Below, one piece after another: positions 1 through 11,567 of a stretch of 64,000 nucleotides of DNA (the stretch's first letter is position 1; each line of letters starts with the position of its first letter). The notes beneath the pieces were generated by a model. The model made no database searches, had not been told where the DNA came from, and saw only the letters and a list, made by a program, of their open reading frames with translations. Source of the stretch: Balanoglossus misakiensis (taxonomy: Eukaryota > Animalia > Hemichordata); NCBI GenBank assembly GCA_040954595.2, contig CM082577.2:18574303-18638302 (forward strand), given 5' to 3'. The position numbers were made by a program, and so were the translations under genes.

Positions 1-1185
1 TCTGCTTACGAATTGCAGTGCTCGGCCACTCAGCAAGTTCTTTAACATGACCATTTTGAAGCGGACTGGTACTGGGGATTGGTTTACAAATATCTCGAAT
101 TGTTCACGCCAGTCTTGGAATTGTTCTTTGTCACCATCAAATTTCGGCAAAGACGGCTTGGCAATTCCCTGGGAGAACTTGCGCACATTATCCGAGTCTT
201 CCTTCAACATTTCATAATGTGAAGAATCGTATTTCACTTTCGGTGTGCTGAAAAGTGACTCAAGGTGTCTTGCTATGGGGGACTCTAATGCAGCAGGGTT
301 ACCATGGCTACTGGGTTTCGCCCTGTTCTGTGGTGTCTCCTCGGTGCTCACCTTGTTCACGTCTGATGTCAGCATCGTATTCGGATTGTTATTCTGATTG
401 TTGAAACCGCTCCACAATTCAGCTTCTAGGCCTGCTCTATCTGCTTCATTTTGTTGTTTCTGTAATCGTAGTTTATGTTCTTCTTCTTTCAGGCGACATT
501 CCTCTTTGTACAGTTCTTTTTCTTGTTGAACACGTAAGGATGCCACCTCAGCTTGTATTCTTGCTTCCGCCGCTTTTAAAGACGCTTGGGAGGAAAGGCT
601 GTCGTTTTCACTACTTTCGTCCTCTTGTTTTTCTGCTGGTTTGACTATGGGCGTTGAATGATGTTGCAGTATCAATTGTTCGGTTTGTTTCTTTTCTGTG
701 ACGCCTGTGAATACTTTTGACAGGTCGTCAGGTGGCTTTGAAGATACAATTATCGACGGTGCCTCACCTTCTCTGGCGAACAGATGTTCTGTGATTTGAT
801 CTGTGCAGTCTTCAAATTGTGCTCTCGTGACAGTCAAACACTGGGTAATCTCGAACATGTTCTCATCAGGACGATCTGATTTTTCTGCAACGCGTAGCAT
901 TTCACTGGAAAGTCTATTCAGGTCTGCCAATGTTTGCTGTAATCGTGCATCAATTTTCTTCAATGTAGTACGACTGCCATTGTCTTTAATCAGATTATTG
1001 GCTTTATCACAATTGCGGCTAATATCTCTGATGATCAAGCCTCGTTCTCTCATGTATCTACCAGTCTGTGTTTCGAATTTCTCACCGTCCTCAGTGTTGT
1101 CGCCCATGTAGTAATCTGCGAGGTAAGCTGGTACATGCCTCAAACGATCTGAGCGCCGTATCGTTGTAACCTGGGAGTCAGCCAT
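1..1185 (-). CDS. gag: BEL/Pao LTR retrotransposon Gag(-Pol) N-terminal part; runs off the left edge
   Basis: Manual translation from ATG at 1185 is open to position 1 (395 codons): MADSQVTTIRRSDRLRHVPAYLADYY...GSRTTLKK...LPKFDGDKEQFQDWREQFEIFV...KMVMLKNLLSGRALQFVSR. The LPKFDG..W..F segment resembles the DUF1759 Gag domain of BEL/Pao. Missing from the ORF track because it has no stop in the window. Confidence 0.9.
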   Translation of the reverse strand, partial: MADSQVTTIRRSDRLRHVPAYLADYYMGDNTEDGEKFETQTGRYMRERGLIIRDISRNCDKANNLIKDNGSRTTLKKIDARLQQTLADLNRLSSEMLRVAEKSDRPDENMFEITQCLTVTRAQFEDCTDQITEHLFAREGEAPSIIVSSKPPDDLSKVFTGVTEKKQTEQLILQHHSTPIVKPAEKQEDESSENDSLSSQASLKAAEARIQAEVASLRVQQEKELYKEECRLKEEEHKLRLQKQQNEADRAGLEAELWSGFNNQNNNPNTMLTSDVNKVSTEETPQNRAKPSSHGNPAALESPIARHLESLFSTPKVKYDSSHYEMLKEDSDNVRKFSQGIAKPSLPKFDGDKEQFQDWREQFEIFVNQSPVPVRFKMVMLKNLLSGRALQFVSR

Positions 1186-1294
1186 GTTTACTATTTTCGA
1201 ATTATTAATCAGTGGTACGATCACACACAACAACAGCAACAGTTCGATCTATAGTTCTTGTATCTCGATGTACGATGCTCGATGGTTCTCTTCC

Positions 1295-1312
1295 ATCCGG
1301 CTCGAAGGACCA
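1295..1312 (-). promoter_or_regulatory. Primer binding site, tRNA-Tyr type
   Basis: Minus strand TGGTCCTTCGAGCCGGAT, complementary to the 3' end of eukaryotic tRNA-Tyr (...TCCGGCTCGAAGGA-CCA); 5 nt after the LTR end (...CAACACA) and upstream of gag. Confidence 0.88.
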
Positions 1313-1746
1313 GTTTTTGTGTTGATACGAACGGACGATGCGAAGTTTATTTATTTGTAAAGGACTGTATTTAATAAACCAACACAAAAGGCCGAAATCT
1401 AATTCCAATCGATAACTTCAAAGTTCAAATGTCTGTTGTGTGTGATCTCGAAAGTCCACTGATTATCAGAGTTCAAACAGTTCGCGTTTCATTCTCGTGG
1501 AAAACACTGGAAACTGTTCGCTATGGTCGATGAATGTCAATAGCAATGCATGGGTTACCGTCAGGTCTGTATTACGAGCTCAGGACGAGGTCAGTTCTGT
1601 GATCCAACTCCGAAATTCCTCAACAGATCTATCGAAATACTACATCGAAATCTTGCCAACTCGAACCGGAACGTTGACATCTATATTTGGGCCGATCAAC
1701 AACGGCAAAAAACGGTAAAACGATCGATAAACTAAACTACTAAAAA

Positions 1747-4700
1747 TTAAAGCTGCAAGCAGCATTGTCCGGGCCCAAGCTCTATTATCTGATCTGCACA
1801 TAATTAATGAGTAGAAACATAATGCTGTGTTTTATCCCATGACATATCAAGGTTATATCTATGTTTGGTGCTGATATTGTGTTAAGTAGGTCAAAGGTCA
1901 TCTGAGGTCACCCAAATTTTGGGCAGAAAATTTTGACCCATAGTGGTGCATGTCCAACAAAAACCAGACCTCTAGCCCTTTTGGTTAGCCCGGAATTAGG
2001 TATGCACATAAATAATGATTTAAGCAGGTGTCATAGGTGACCCAAAACTTTGGCTTTTCATTATGGCCCCATACCTCCAAACGCCAAGGCTGTATCTGCT
2101 GTGGATGTCAAGATATGCAAAAATAGGTCAAAGGTCATCTGAGGTCACCCAAAATTTGGGCAGAAAATTTTGACCCATAGTGGTCCATGTCCAACAAAAA
2201 CCAGACCTCTAGCCCTTTTGGTTAGCCCAGAATTAGGTATGCACATAAATAATGAGTTAAGCAGGTGTCACAGGTGAGCCAAAACTTTGGCTTTTCATTA
2301 TGGCGCAATACCTCCAAACGCCAAGGCTGTATCTGCGGTGGATGTCAAGTTATGCAAAAGTAGGTCAAAGGTCACCCGAGGTCACCCAACATTTGGGCAA
2401 AATATTTTGACCCCATACTGGTCCATGTATAACAAAAACAAAACCTCTAGCCCTTTTGGTTAGCCCAGAATTAGGTATGCACATAAATAATGAGTCAAGC
2501 AGGTGTCACAGGTCACCCAAAACTTTGTCTTTTCCGTATGGCCCCATACATGTACCTCCAAACGCCAAGGCTGTATCTGCTGTGGATGTCGAGATATGCA
2601 AAAGTAGGTCAAAGGTCACCCGAGGTCACCCAACATTTGGGCAAAATATTTTGACCCCATACTGGTCCATGTATAACAAAAACAAAACCTCTAGGTCTAT
2701 TGGTTCATCTGTAATTAGTTATGTGCATATTTAATGAGGTCAGCAGAGGTCATGAAAAGTAGCAAAATTTTTTGATCACATACAAATCCACATACATCAA
2801 ACACCAAACTTATAGCCCTATTGGTTAGCCTGGAATTAGATATGCAGAAAAATGATGCGTCAAAGGTAGGTCAAAGGTCATTGCCAAAATTACCAAAATA
2901 TTTATAGCTTATTCTTGTCATATGATGATTCATATCCATAAAAAGAATTTCTGTGCTAACAATTTTTAGGCTAGAAAGGGAATTTTTACTTTTTAATCGT
3001 TTTTCACAAAATCCAATATGGCCGCCATAATCTTCGACCAATCACATTCTTCTTAGCAAACTTGATAGACATCTGTTTAATGACCACACACACCAAATCT
3101 TGTGACTCGGTTATCGCCGGTTCTTGAGAAGAAGATTTTTGAAATTTTACTAGGGTTTTTCGAAAATCCAATATGGCCGCCAAAATCTTCGACCAATCAC
3201 AATGATCTTCGCAAACTTGATAGACATCAGTTAGGTGACCACATACACCAAACCCTGTGTCTCGGTTATCACCGGTTCTGGAGAAGAAGATTTTTGAAAT
3301 TTAAGCCAGATTTCAGAAAAAAAATTGTAGCAAAAAAACTGCAACATTGACAGCAAAATTTCCAATTACAAAAATGATGGGTAGAAGGTAGTCTACCTGC
3401 ATGCCAAATTTGAAGTCGATCTGACTTGTAGTTTCTGAGATCTGAGATTTGTTTTTTTTTCAGAAAATCCAATATGGCCGCCAGGTCACGTGACTAATTA
3501 ATTATTCACAAGTCACTGCACATCTACTCATTGACCTTGACCACTGTAGCAAGTTTGAGCAGTGTACCTGCAGTAGTTTCTGAGATTTAGTTGGCCGAAG
3601 AATTGACACAAGAATAAAGAAAGAATTAAAGCTGCAAGCAGCATTGTCGGGCCCAAGCGCTGATCTTGAATTATATATGCACAGTGTGAATCAGAAGAAG
3701 CAGAATTTTCTATCGGATGTATTATCTCATGACATAACAAGGATGTGTGTATTTTTGCTGCTGAAATAGGGTGAAGTAGGTCAAAGGTCACCTGAGGTCA
3801 CCCAACATTTGGGTAATTTTTTTTTACCCATACTGGTCCATGTCCAATAAAAACCAAAACTCTAGCTCTATTGGTTTGCGTGTAATTAGGTATGTGCATA
3901 TTTAATGAGGTCAGCAGGTGTCACAGGTGACCCAAAAATGTGGCTTTACATTTTGGTCCCATCCTACCAAATGCCATGGCTGTATCTGCTCTGGATGCTG
4001 AGATATGCGAAAGTAGGTCAAAGGTCACCAGAGGTCACGCAACATTTGGGCAAAAAATTTTGATCCCATTCTGGTCCATGTCCAACAAAAACCAAACCTC
4101 TAGCTCTATTGGTTCGCCTGTAATTAGCTATGCACATAATTAATGAGGTCAGCAGAGGTCAAAGGGGTCATGAAAAGTAGCAAAATATTTTGATCACACA
4201 TTAATCCACATTCATCAAAAACCAAACGTCTAGCCCTACAGGTTAGCCTGGAATTAGATATGCAGAAATAATAACGCGTGATAAGTAGGTCAAAGGTCAT
4301 GTGAAAAATCGCCAAAAAATTGTAACACATTTTAGTCACATGACGATTGATATCCATAAAAAGAATTTGTATGCTATCAATTTTTAGACTAGAAAAAGGA
4401 ATTTCAATTTTTCACTGCTTTTTACAAAATCCAATATGGCCGCCATAATCTTCGACCAATCACAATGCTCTTTGCAAACTTGATAGACATCAGTGTAGTG
4501 ACCATACTCCTCGAATCTTGCGACTAAGTCATCGCCCGTTCTGGAGAAGAAGATTTTTGCAGTTTAAATATGGTTTTTCGAAAATCCAATATGGCCGCCA
4601 TAATCTTCGACCAATCACAATGATCTTCGCAAACTTGATAGACATCAGTTAGGTGACCACATACCCCAAACCCTGTGTCTCAGTTATCACCGGTTCTGGA

Positions 4701-5653
4701 GAAGAAGATTTTTTAAATTTAAGCCAGATTTCAGAAAAAAAATTGTAGCAAAAAAACTGCAACATTGACAGCAAAATATCCAATTACAAAAATGATGGGT
4801 AGAAGGTAGTCTACCTACATGTCAAATTTGAAGTCGATCTGACTTGTAGTTTCTGAGATCTGAGATTTGCATTTTTTCAGAAAATCCAATATGGCCGCCA
4901 GGTCACGTGACTAATTAAGTATTCACAAGTCACTGCACATCTACTCATAGACCTTGACCACTGTAGCAAGTTTGAGCAGTGTACCTGCAGTAGTTTCAGA
5001 GATTTAGTTGGCCGAAGAATTGACACAAGAAAAAAGAAAGAAAGAAAGAAAGAAAGAAAAACCCCAACGAAACCAATAGGGCCCAAGCGCAAGCAAGCGC
5101 TTGGGCCCTAAAGAAAGAAAGAAAGAAAGAAAGAAAAATTCCAACGAAACCAATAGGGCCCTAGTCTCGGTTACCCAGACGCCTTTGCTCTTCCGATGCT
5201 CTCCAGAAAAGGGTCTGGGGAAATGCTATTGAAAGCTGTGTAAAACAAAATGGCCGATGTCAGGATTTTGATCATCGCCTGATTGGCTGAGCTGTCAGTA
5301 TGACCCGGGTCACTGACTCTCGACAATGTGTGATTATTTGTCGTATCTTCATATCAAGAGACCGGTACTTGTTGGTTGATGCGAAAGGCAAAATGCGTCC
5401 TCTGTTAGCATTGTTGGAGAAATTATATGAAATATCTTTGGTAGACGATTGTCGAAACTATTGCAGTGACCCGGGTCATACTGACAGCTCAGCCAATCAG
5501 GCGATGATCAAAATCCTGACATCGGCCATTTTGTTTTACACAGCTTTCAATAGCATTTCCCCAGACCCTTTTCTGGAGAGCATCGGAAGAGCAAAGGCGT
5601 CTGGGTAACCGAGACTAATAGGGCCCAAGCGCTTGCTTGCGCTTGGGCCCTAA
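1747..5653 (-). mobile_element. Two nested non-autonomous Helentron elements (HINE family A): outer 1747-5653, inner ~3625-5112
   Basis: Two hairpin heads (TTAGGGCCCAAGCGC..GCGCTTGGGCCCTATT at ~5618-5653 and ~5074-5112), two tails (GCTTGGGCCC..GCTGCTTGCAGCTTTAA at ~3626-3660 and ~1747-1780), internal ~240 bp subrepeats, T-run insertion with no TSD. Confidence 0.88.
5162..5617. mobile_element. MITE with 154 bp TIRs and 9 bp TSD (AcademH-like termini)
   Basis: TIRs 5162-5315 and 5464-5617 (TAGTCTCGGTTACCCAGACG...), apparently perfect by eye; TSD ATAGGGCCC at 5153-5161 and 5618-5626. TAG..CTA ends with a 9 bp TSD fit AcademH; the superfamily call is inference. Confidence 0.88.
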
Positions 5654-5750
5654 CAACATCGTGGCTGGTCTCTTGCTTTCTTTTCGGGACGAACAGACAT
5701 ATCTGTTTCCGGTGCAAGAGGGCGCTATACTCCATTTTCGTAGCTCCACA

Positions 5751-8700
5751 TTTGCTTTCTCAAAGATCTCTTGTGATATACCAAGATCAATAAATAGGTC
5801 AAGCACAGATTCCACTTGTTTTTCTTTGTCACACAGGCATGACCACAGTTTCTCAAGGATTGCTCGCGCCATTGTCTGATCCATTACATTAACTTGTGAC
5901 TGGCACATGTCCATTGCAAATTCAGTTTGTACCATTTGTTCCACCCCATCTGATGTTACCTTTTCATTGTCAACTTTTGATTGAGTGTTCTCATCAACAT
6001 CAACACGGCATATGAAGGTTTTCTGTGAAGGAGGTCGTGGAAAATTAAATCTGCACTGTGTCCCCCTTTTTTTACAAGATTTTGAATGCCTTGAGCTGTG
6101 TTTTTGGACAGTGTTTACAATCTCCTGCAATTCGTCATCATCCTCCGTCAATGGCATTTCACATGTTACATATCTGTTCACAAAATCAACTACTTCCTCA
6201 TCAGAATCTCTATCAATTTTGGGTGCATTTTCAACCCAGAACAGGCAGTGGGTATGTGGTGAACCACGCTGCTGAAACTCAACCCAATAAAAAATAATCT
6301 TTGATCTTCCCAATAGGATTTGCTGGTGACATAATGACCTCTCGCAGGAAACAATTAAATCTGTGATCAAACATTCTTGCTGCCGTCACAGGGTTTCGCC
6401 TCAATATTCCACATTTCTCAGACCACAGCAGGTCTTCAGCATCACGCACATCACCTTCTTCACGCATAATACTTTCTAGAACCTCTTTCCATCTTAAATC
6501 AGCAGCAGAAAATGAACAGAACCATGTTGGTATACCTAACTGTCTAATCATTGCAAATAAGTCCTTTTGTGCAGCTTGCCAATAAGGTGGGGTCCCTCTT
6601 ATTGGTTTTAAGAACTTGTAACCTTTATCACACTTTAGTATCTCCCTCAAGGAATCTCTGTCACTAAGCACATCCGATGTTACTTTTTTGCCACAGGCAT
6701 TAGCTGTTCCTTTCCTTAGAGCAATTGACACACTAGACATAACCTGCTCAAGCTCTGACAGATACTGAGCATAAAATATATAATCAGTATTCCTTGCAAA
6801 CCTGTTGCTAGCGTTCAATAGACGACTTTGCAGGTAGCGTCCTATTGTTATCTTAACCTCTCGGTCATCATGAAATGTCGGTGACCCATTTGGGAACAAC
6901 ACTGGAAAGCACTTAGCTTCATTCAACTTCTCCATCAACACACTAACAGGTGCGTTACCTTCTGCAGAAGCAACACATGCTATATCTTCAAAATGATAAT
7001 CAAGAATATCCTGACCTATGTCCACCGGTTGAAGGCACGTATCCATATATATTCCATTCCTATCTTTACCAAGTACATTTTCTTCTTCGCCCAATTTCAC
7101 ATCACTTTCACCTTCAGCAACACATGTATCCTCTTCAGTGCACGCATCATTTTCTGTATCTACATTACTTTCCCCAGTCTTCTCTAAAGTGTTATCCCAA
7201 TCCACATTATATTTCACACCACTGTAATATTTGTTATGTGTCTGCAGATATTCCAAAGCATTCTGAATGTGTCCTCTGCTTACAAATTGATACTCATAAT
7301 GACCTTTATAACTCAGCTTCCGCTTGAGTTTCACCCGTATCATTTGGTCATCAAACTCATTACGTGGTAAAATACTTGTTACCTTCTTAGTATTACATGG
7401 GACACAAACTACAGGTCCATGAACACCATTTTGCCCACCTTTTGGTAATGCCATCATTTTCATAAAAGGAATATGCAAGGCAATCAAATGTTGCTCAAGA
7501 GAATTTAGGCATTTCAGCTCATCAGGAATTGCATCTAATTCCAGATTATTGGCAGCAGCTTGACCTGGCATTTCCCTATGTAACAGTTTGTTGTCACATG
7601 TGTAACAAATCCATAACTTATTTGCTGCACTTTTCATAAGTGGGCACTCAACAACACAAAATTCTGTGCAATTGTGTACATAAGTCTCTCTAACACATAT
7701 ATCAACATTTCTTTCATTTGTCTGATTTTTCAAGACATATTTACCTGTATCACAAACAAGGACCTGTTTTCTGAATAGCCTTCGGTGACACACACAACAT
7801 ACACAATTTGGTCCAACTGACACTTTCTTCTTGAAGGAATCAATCACATGTTGTATGTCTTGCATTTTTGTTTTTTTCCTATTCCTTTCCATTTTACTTC
7901 TTTCCACTACACTCAATTTATAATCTTCATTTCGATGATACCTTTGTTCACTTTGTACTTTCTTTTTCTCTCTCAACACTGGACTCTGATATTTTTCTAC
8001 ACTTACACATTTTTTCTGTTCTCTGTACAGGTCATCATTTTTGTACTTCTTTGCACCATTTGCTGCACACGCTGCTTTCTTTCTTTCACAATAAGATGGG
8101 TCACTCCTGTATCTTAATGCAGATCTCTCTTTCTGCCTCTCTCTACACTGATCATTTCCTTGATACCTCTTTTTACTATCCAATTTCCTTCTGTTTATAA
8201 TTTCGCAATTGCTATGATACAATGTGTATTGCCTAACTGCTCTCCTGCTCTTATCAGTGGTGCACTCACTCACTGCGCTACATCCCATTTTTCCGCCTTC
8301 ATACCTCTCATGTCGCAATTTCTTTGACTTACGTTTACACTCTGCTTTTCTTTTCCGTTTAACTGTCACAATGCAGCGTGGCTCACTACATGTAGGCCGA
8401 AGTTGGCCACATTGCGCATCTTCGTGTAAACCATGTTCCTCTTTGTCAACCACATGTTCACTAGGCCCAAATATGCCACATTTGGCATGTGTACAATCAG
8501 ATGTTTCCATGCCACATGTATTGACACACTCAACAACATCATAGTGATTTCCATTAACATGTTTTAGGTATATGCCTACACCTCGATCAACATTACCCTT
8601 CAAAATCTTATTATAACAATGTGTCAACCATCTACCTGAAGTAAAGACATACACATCAACGCCCAACAAATTTGCAGTTGCTAATATTTCCATTTCTGAT

Positions 8701-10361
8701 GCCCATACTCCAGAACATTTCATTCTTGATTTTGCAATGTAATCAGCAACTGACTTGTATACGCGATCTCCCCTTAACCAGCCAAAATATTCTCTGTCAT
8801 ATTCACACAAATGCTTGACAACGGCTGCTCGGACAACTTTGTGATTACTTTCACTACCACTTACCGAGTATGATATTGCTCTAAAAAAGCAATTACCATC
8901 GCCCTTGATAGACTTAGTTTTGCAGGGCTCACCAATGTCAACACAGCAAATTTTCTCACTTAACGCACCACTATGACAATTGCCAATGTTAAGCATGGTA
9001 CATAACTGTTCAGCAACCCCAGCAGTCAACGGAGAAAATGAGAACATCATTACACTTTCCCTTACTACTTCTACATCAACCACATCTCTATCAATACTTT
9101 GTGTTTCACACACCTGATGGATTTCTTTATCAGCACTAACACAGACACCTGATACTTCAAATTCAACATCCACGCCTATGTTCATTGACAACCCAAGATT
9201 GCACAAATGTTCATACACTTGTTGCACGTTATGTTTCTTTAATAGAACACTAGTACCACCAGACGCACACATACCTTCAGCATTCCTCGAATGTGAATCA
9301 AACACAAAGTACACATCACTTGCCTTCATTACTATACATGTATTTATTGCAAACGTCACAAAACATGCATCATACTCTGACAACACTAAAGTCAATGCAT
9401 TTTCAAGACTTGTCACAAAATCATTCTGTTCAAATGGCCTCGTAGGAGCCATTAAACCTGCCAACCACCTTCCCGGGCTTACAGAAACGTTCACACCACA
9501 CAAAGATAACTGTTCTGGCAATTCCGTAACCAGCAGGTACATTCCCTGCACTGGTTGATACTTTTGTATGAATGTGTACAATTGGTCACCGTTATCCAAT
9601 ACTGTATCCAAATCACAACTGTTCCACGAGAATGGTGGCTTCAGCTTACTAAATGCAGCGGCCATTAGGCTGTTAGCAACACACTGCCTTCCAGCATTGT
9701 CTTTAAACTTTGCATAACCTTGGTGGTAATGGCCCTGCACAACAACCACATCATTTTGGTTCCCATTCACTGTTCTGTCATTGCTGAATGACTTCTCAGT
9801 ACACTCTGCTTTCTTATTACTTCCTGCATAACATCTATTGCCTTCCCATAGAATCACATTCACATCCATGTCAACTACATCATCTGTTCCATAACAATGT
9901 CCACGTTCCTCTTTATCTTGTGCACACTCAGCATTGGCACATTGCTTACTGCAGAACTTCAATATGTCCTCATTATGTACAAATTCATCTTCAATAACAT
10001 TATGCACCTCAGTGCACAGTACACTGTCTAATTCACTTTTGTCCTTGCGGACTACATCATTCCATTGATATGACTCCTCTCGGAGTTTGCTTTGACTTTT
10101 TTTAAAGAGGACAGTCTCCCCTATATTGTCAGTTTCTAATGCGTGACTGTTTTCAAAAGGGCCAGTCTGCCCCATTCCATCACTTCCTATTGCCTGACTG
10201 TTTTCAGGGGGCTCAGTCTGCCCAGTCTTCACTGCTTCATTGTTCCGCAAAACTACACTCCCCTCAGCAATATAAGTGTTCATGCTGCTATTCTTCTCAT
10301 CGACAATTGCGTTCTCCACAGCCTCAGTGCGCCAGTTTTTCCAATATTTCCTTCTTGGCAT
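5751..10361 (-). pseudogene. Helentron Rep (HUH endonuclease) with N-terminal tegument-like DUB and OTU domains; frameshifted near 6290 and truncated by BEL at 5751
   Basis: ORF 6279..10385 plus part of 5615..6370. Motifs: QGHYHQG..GRQCVANSL..FDSHSR (herpesvirus tegument-like DUB); KGDGNCFFRA..WASEMEI..NHYDVV (OTU); CVCCVCHR and CYTC; LEQHLIA..GPVVCVP; IRGTPPYWQ..MIRQLGIPTWFCSFSAAD; RNPVTAARMFDHR; VEFQQRGSPHTHCLFW (HUH). Probable ATG at 10361, directly after the acceptor TTTTTGCAG. Confidence 0.92.
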
Positions 10362-11339
10362 CTGCAAAAATAACAAATTACACATTACTATTTACATTAC
10401 CATTACAACCTACAATACATCTATCATTATCTGATTGCACAAAACAACACAGTCCCTTCCAAGCTCATAAAAGCACTATTCATAACTTCATTAAACACTC
10501 GTACACTGAACATAATCATCGGCTACTTGCTTTCCCTAATCTTTGATTCACACTTAAAACTAAAGCCTACAGTTATTACAATGCAACTTAAGTCGCTTGC
10601 ACACGTGCAATGATTAGGGCGCCCTTTTTTGGATTATAAAAGTTGGCAAACATTTCTTATCAGCGACTCAAATAGTTTTGCATTCACATGTGTATAAAAG
10701 GGACGGGATCACCGCACTCGGACATTTATGCAAATTAGGTTCAAATAGGCTTCATGGTGCGATTGAAAATCAAGGACACATTTCGCCACTTGTCCCATTT
10801 GTTGTTCCACATCAAATAAATGGAAGATCCGAGAAAATCCACACTTTTCCAGTTTTTGTACAGTCATCCTATAAGTATAAGCGCTTCTACGGTACCGCCT
10901 GTGAGTCTTACAGCTTTGAAACCAGTGCGTAATATACTAGTAGCATGACTCCATGCTAGTAGTAAAAGCATACCGGGATGTGGCTTTGAGTTGGTCCCTT
11001 GGGACAAAGACGTTTTTAATTTATTCACGCACAGGGATGTATTTTTAGCCAGACAATGGCAAGACCTAGTTGCCTAGCAATTATCACCATGAACTTTGCT
11101 ACAAGTTTCACTACCACTTCCACTGGGCGTCTCAATTTTTTCAGCAGAGCCCCAGCTGCAGTAAGTTCCGACTACCTCAAGGCTTTGCCTGTAGGTTTTG
11201 GGGCTCCTCATTTTACTGATGACCATCAGCAACAAGGCAAATTGACCGTTGACTAAGCAAGGTGCTAAACATCGCTCTTTTCAGAGGGGTAATTTTACAT
11301 GCAAGCTCATTAGAAACTGCCACTTGTATCCCCTCAAAC

Positions 11340-11567
11340 CGCGTCGGCAGAGTGCGTTTAGATCGGCGTTTAGTGCGGTGTTTCTGTTCACACGTGATTT
11401 GAATCGCTGTTTAGTGCGGCGCCCCGACCCAGGTCCCACCCCTCAACACCGTCACAAAAAAAGAGCGGCGCAGGGCCGCTCTCACCTTTTCACACGTGGC
11501 ACTTACAAATTAACGCCGCCCTAGCGCCGCCGCTGGGGCGGCGTTGACGGCACGTGAGAAAGGCACT
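11340..11567. mobile_element. Possible remnant of a PIF/Harbinger-like MITE
   Basis: GC-rich island with repeated TTCACACGTG motifs, ending GACGGCACGTGAGAAAGGCACT-TT. A matching left TIR is not recognisable. Confidence 0.35.

Larger units (their letters stand above)
1318..5750 (-). mobile_element. BEL/Pao 5' LTR (~525 bp: 5654-5750 plus 1318-1746), split by a HINE nest
   Basis: Minus strand starts TGTGGAGCTAC at 5750, where Rep-like sequence stops, and ends ...CAACACA at 1318 (TGTG...CACA). AATAAA near 1350 and an adjacent PBS. The two halves rejoin at a T-run if 1747-5653 is removed. Confidence 0.75.

Noticed and set aside
803-1111. Plus-strand 102 aa ORF, and similar plus-strand ORFs over Rep and the CR1
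   Set aside because: Antisense shadows of real minus-strand ORFs.
1295-1312. tRNA-Tyr gene
   Set aside because: Only the 3' 18 nt including CCA are present, with no cloverleaf; position fits a PBS.
5615-6370. 251 aa ORF as an independent gene
   Set aside because: Chimeric: the out-of-frame continuation of Rep (~6290-5751) reading into LTR and HINE head sequence.
9135-9745. Endogenous herpesvirus fragment
   Set aside because: The tegument-like domain is in frame within the Helentron Rep, and no other viral genes are present.
10600-10970. Possible additional MITE fragment and small palindrome (TAGCATG..CATGCTA)
   Set aside because: No paired TIRs or TSD could be defined by eye.
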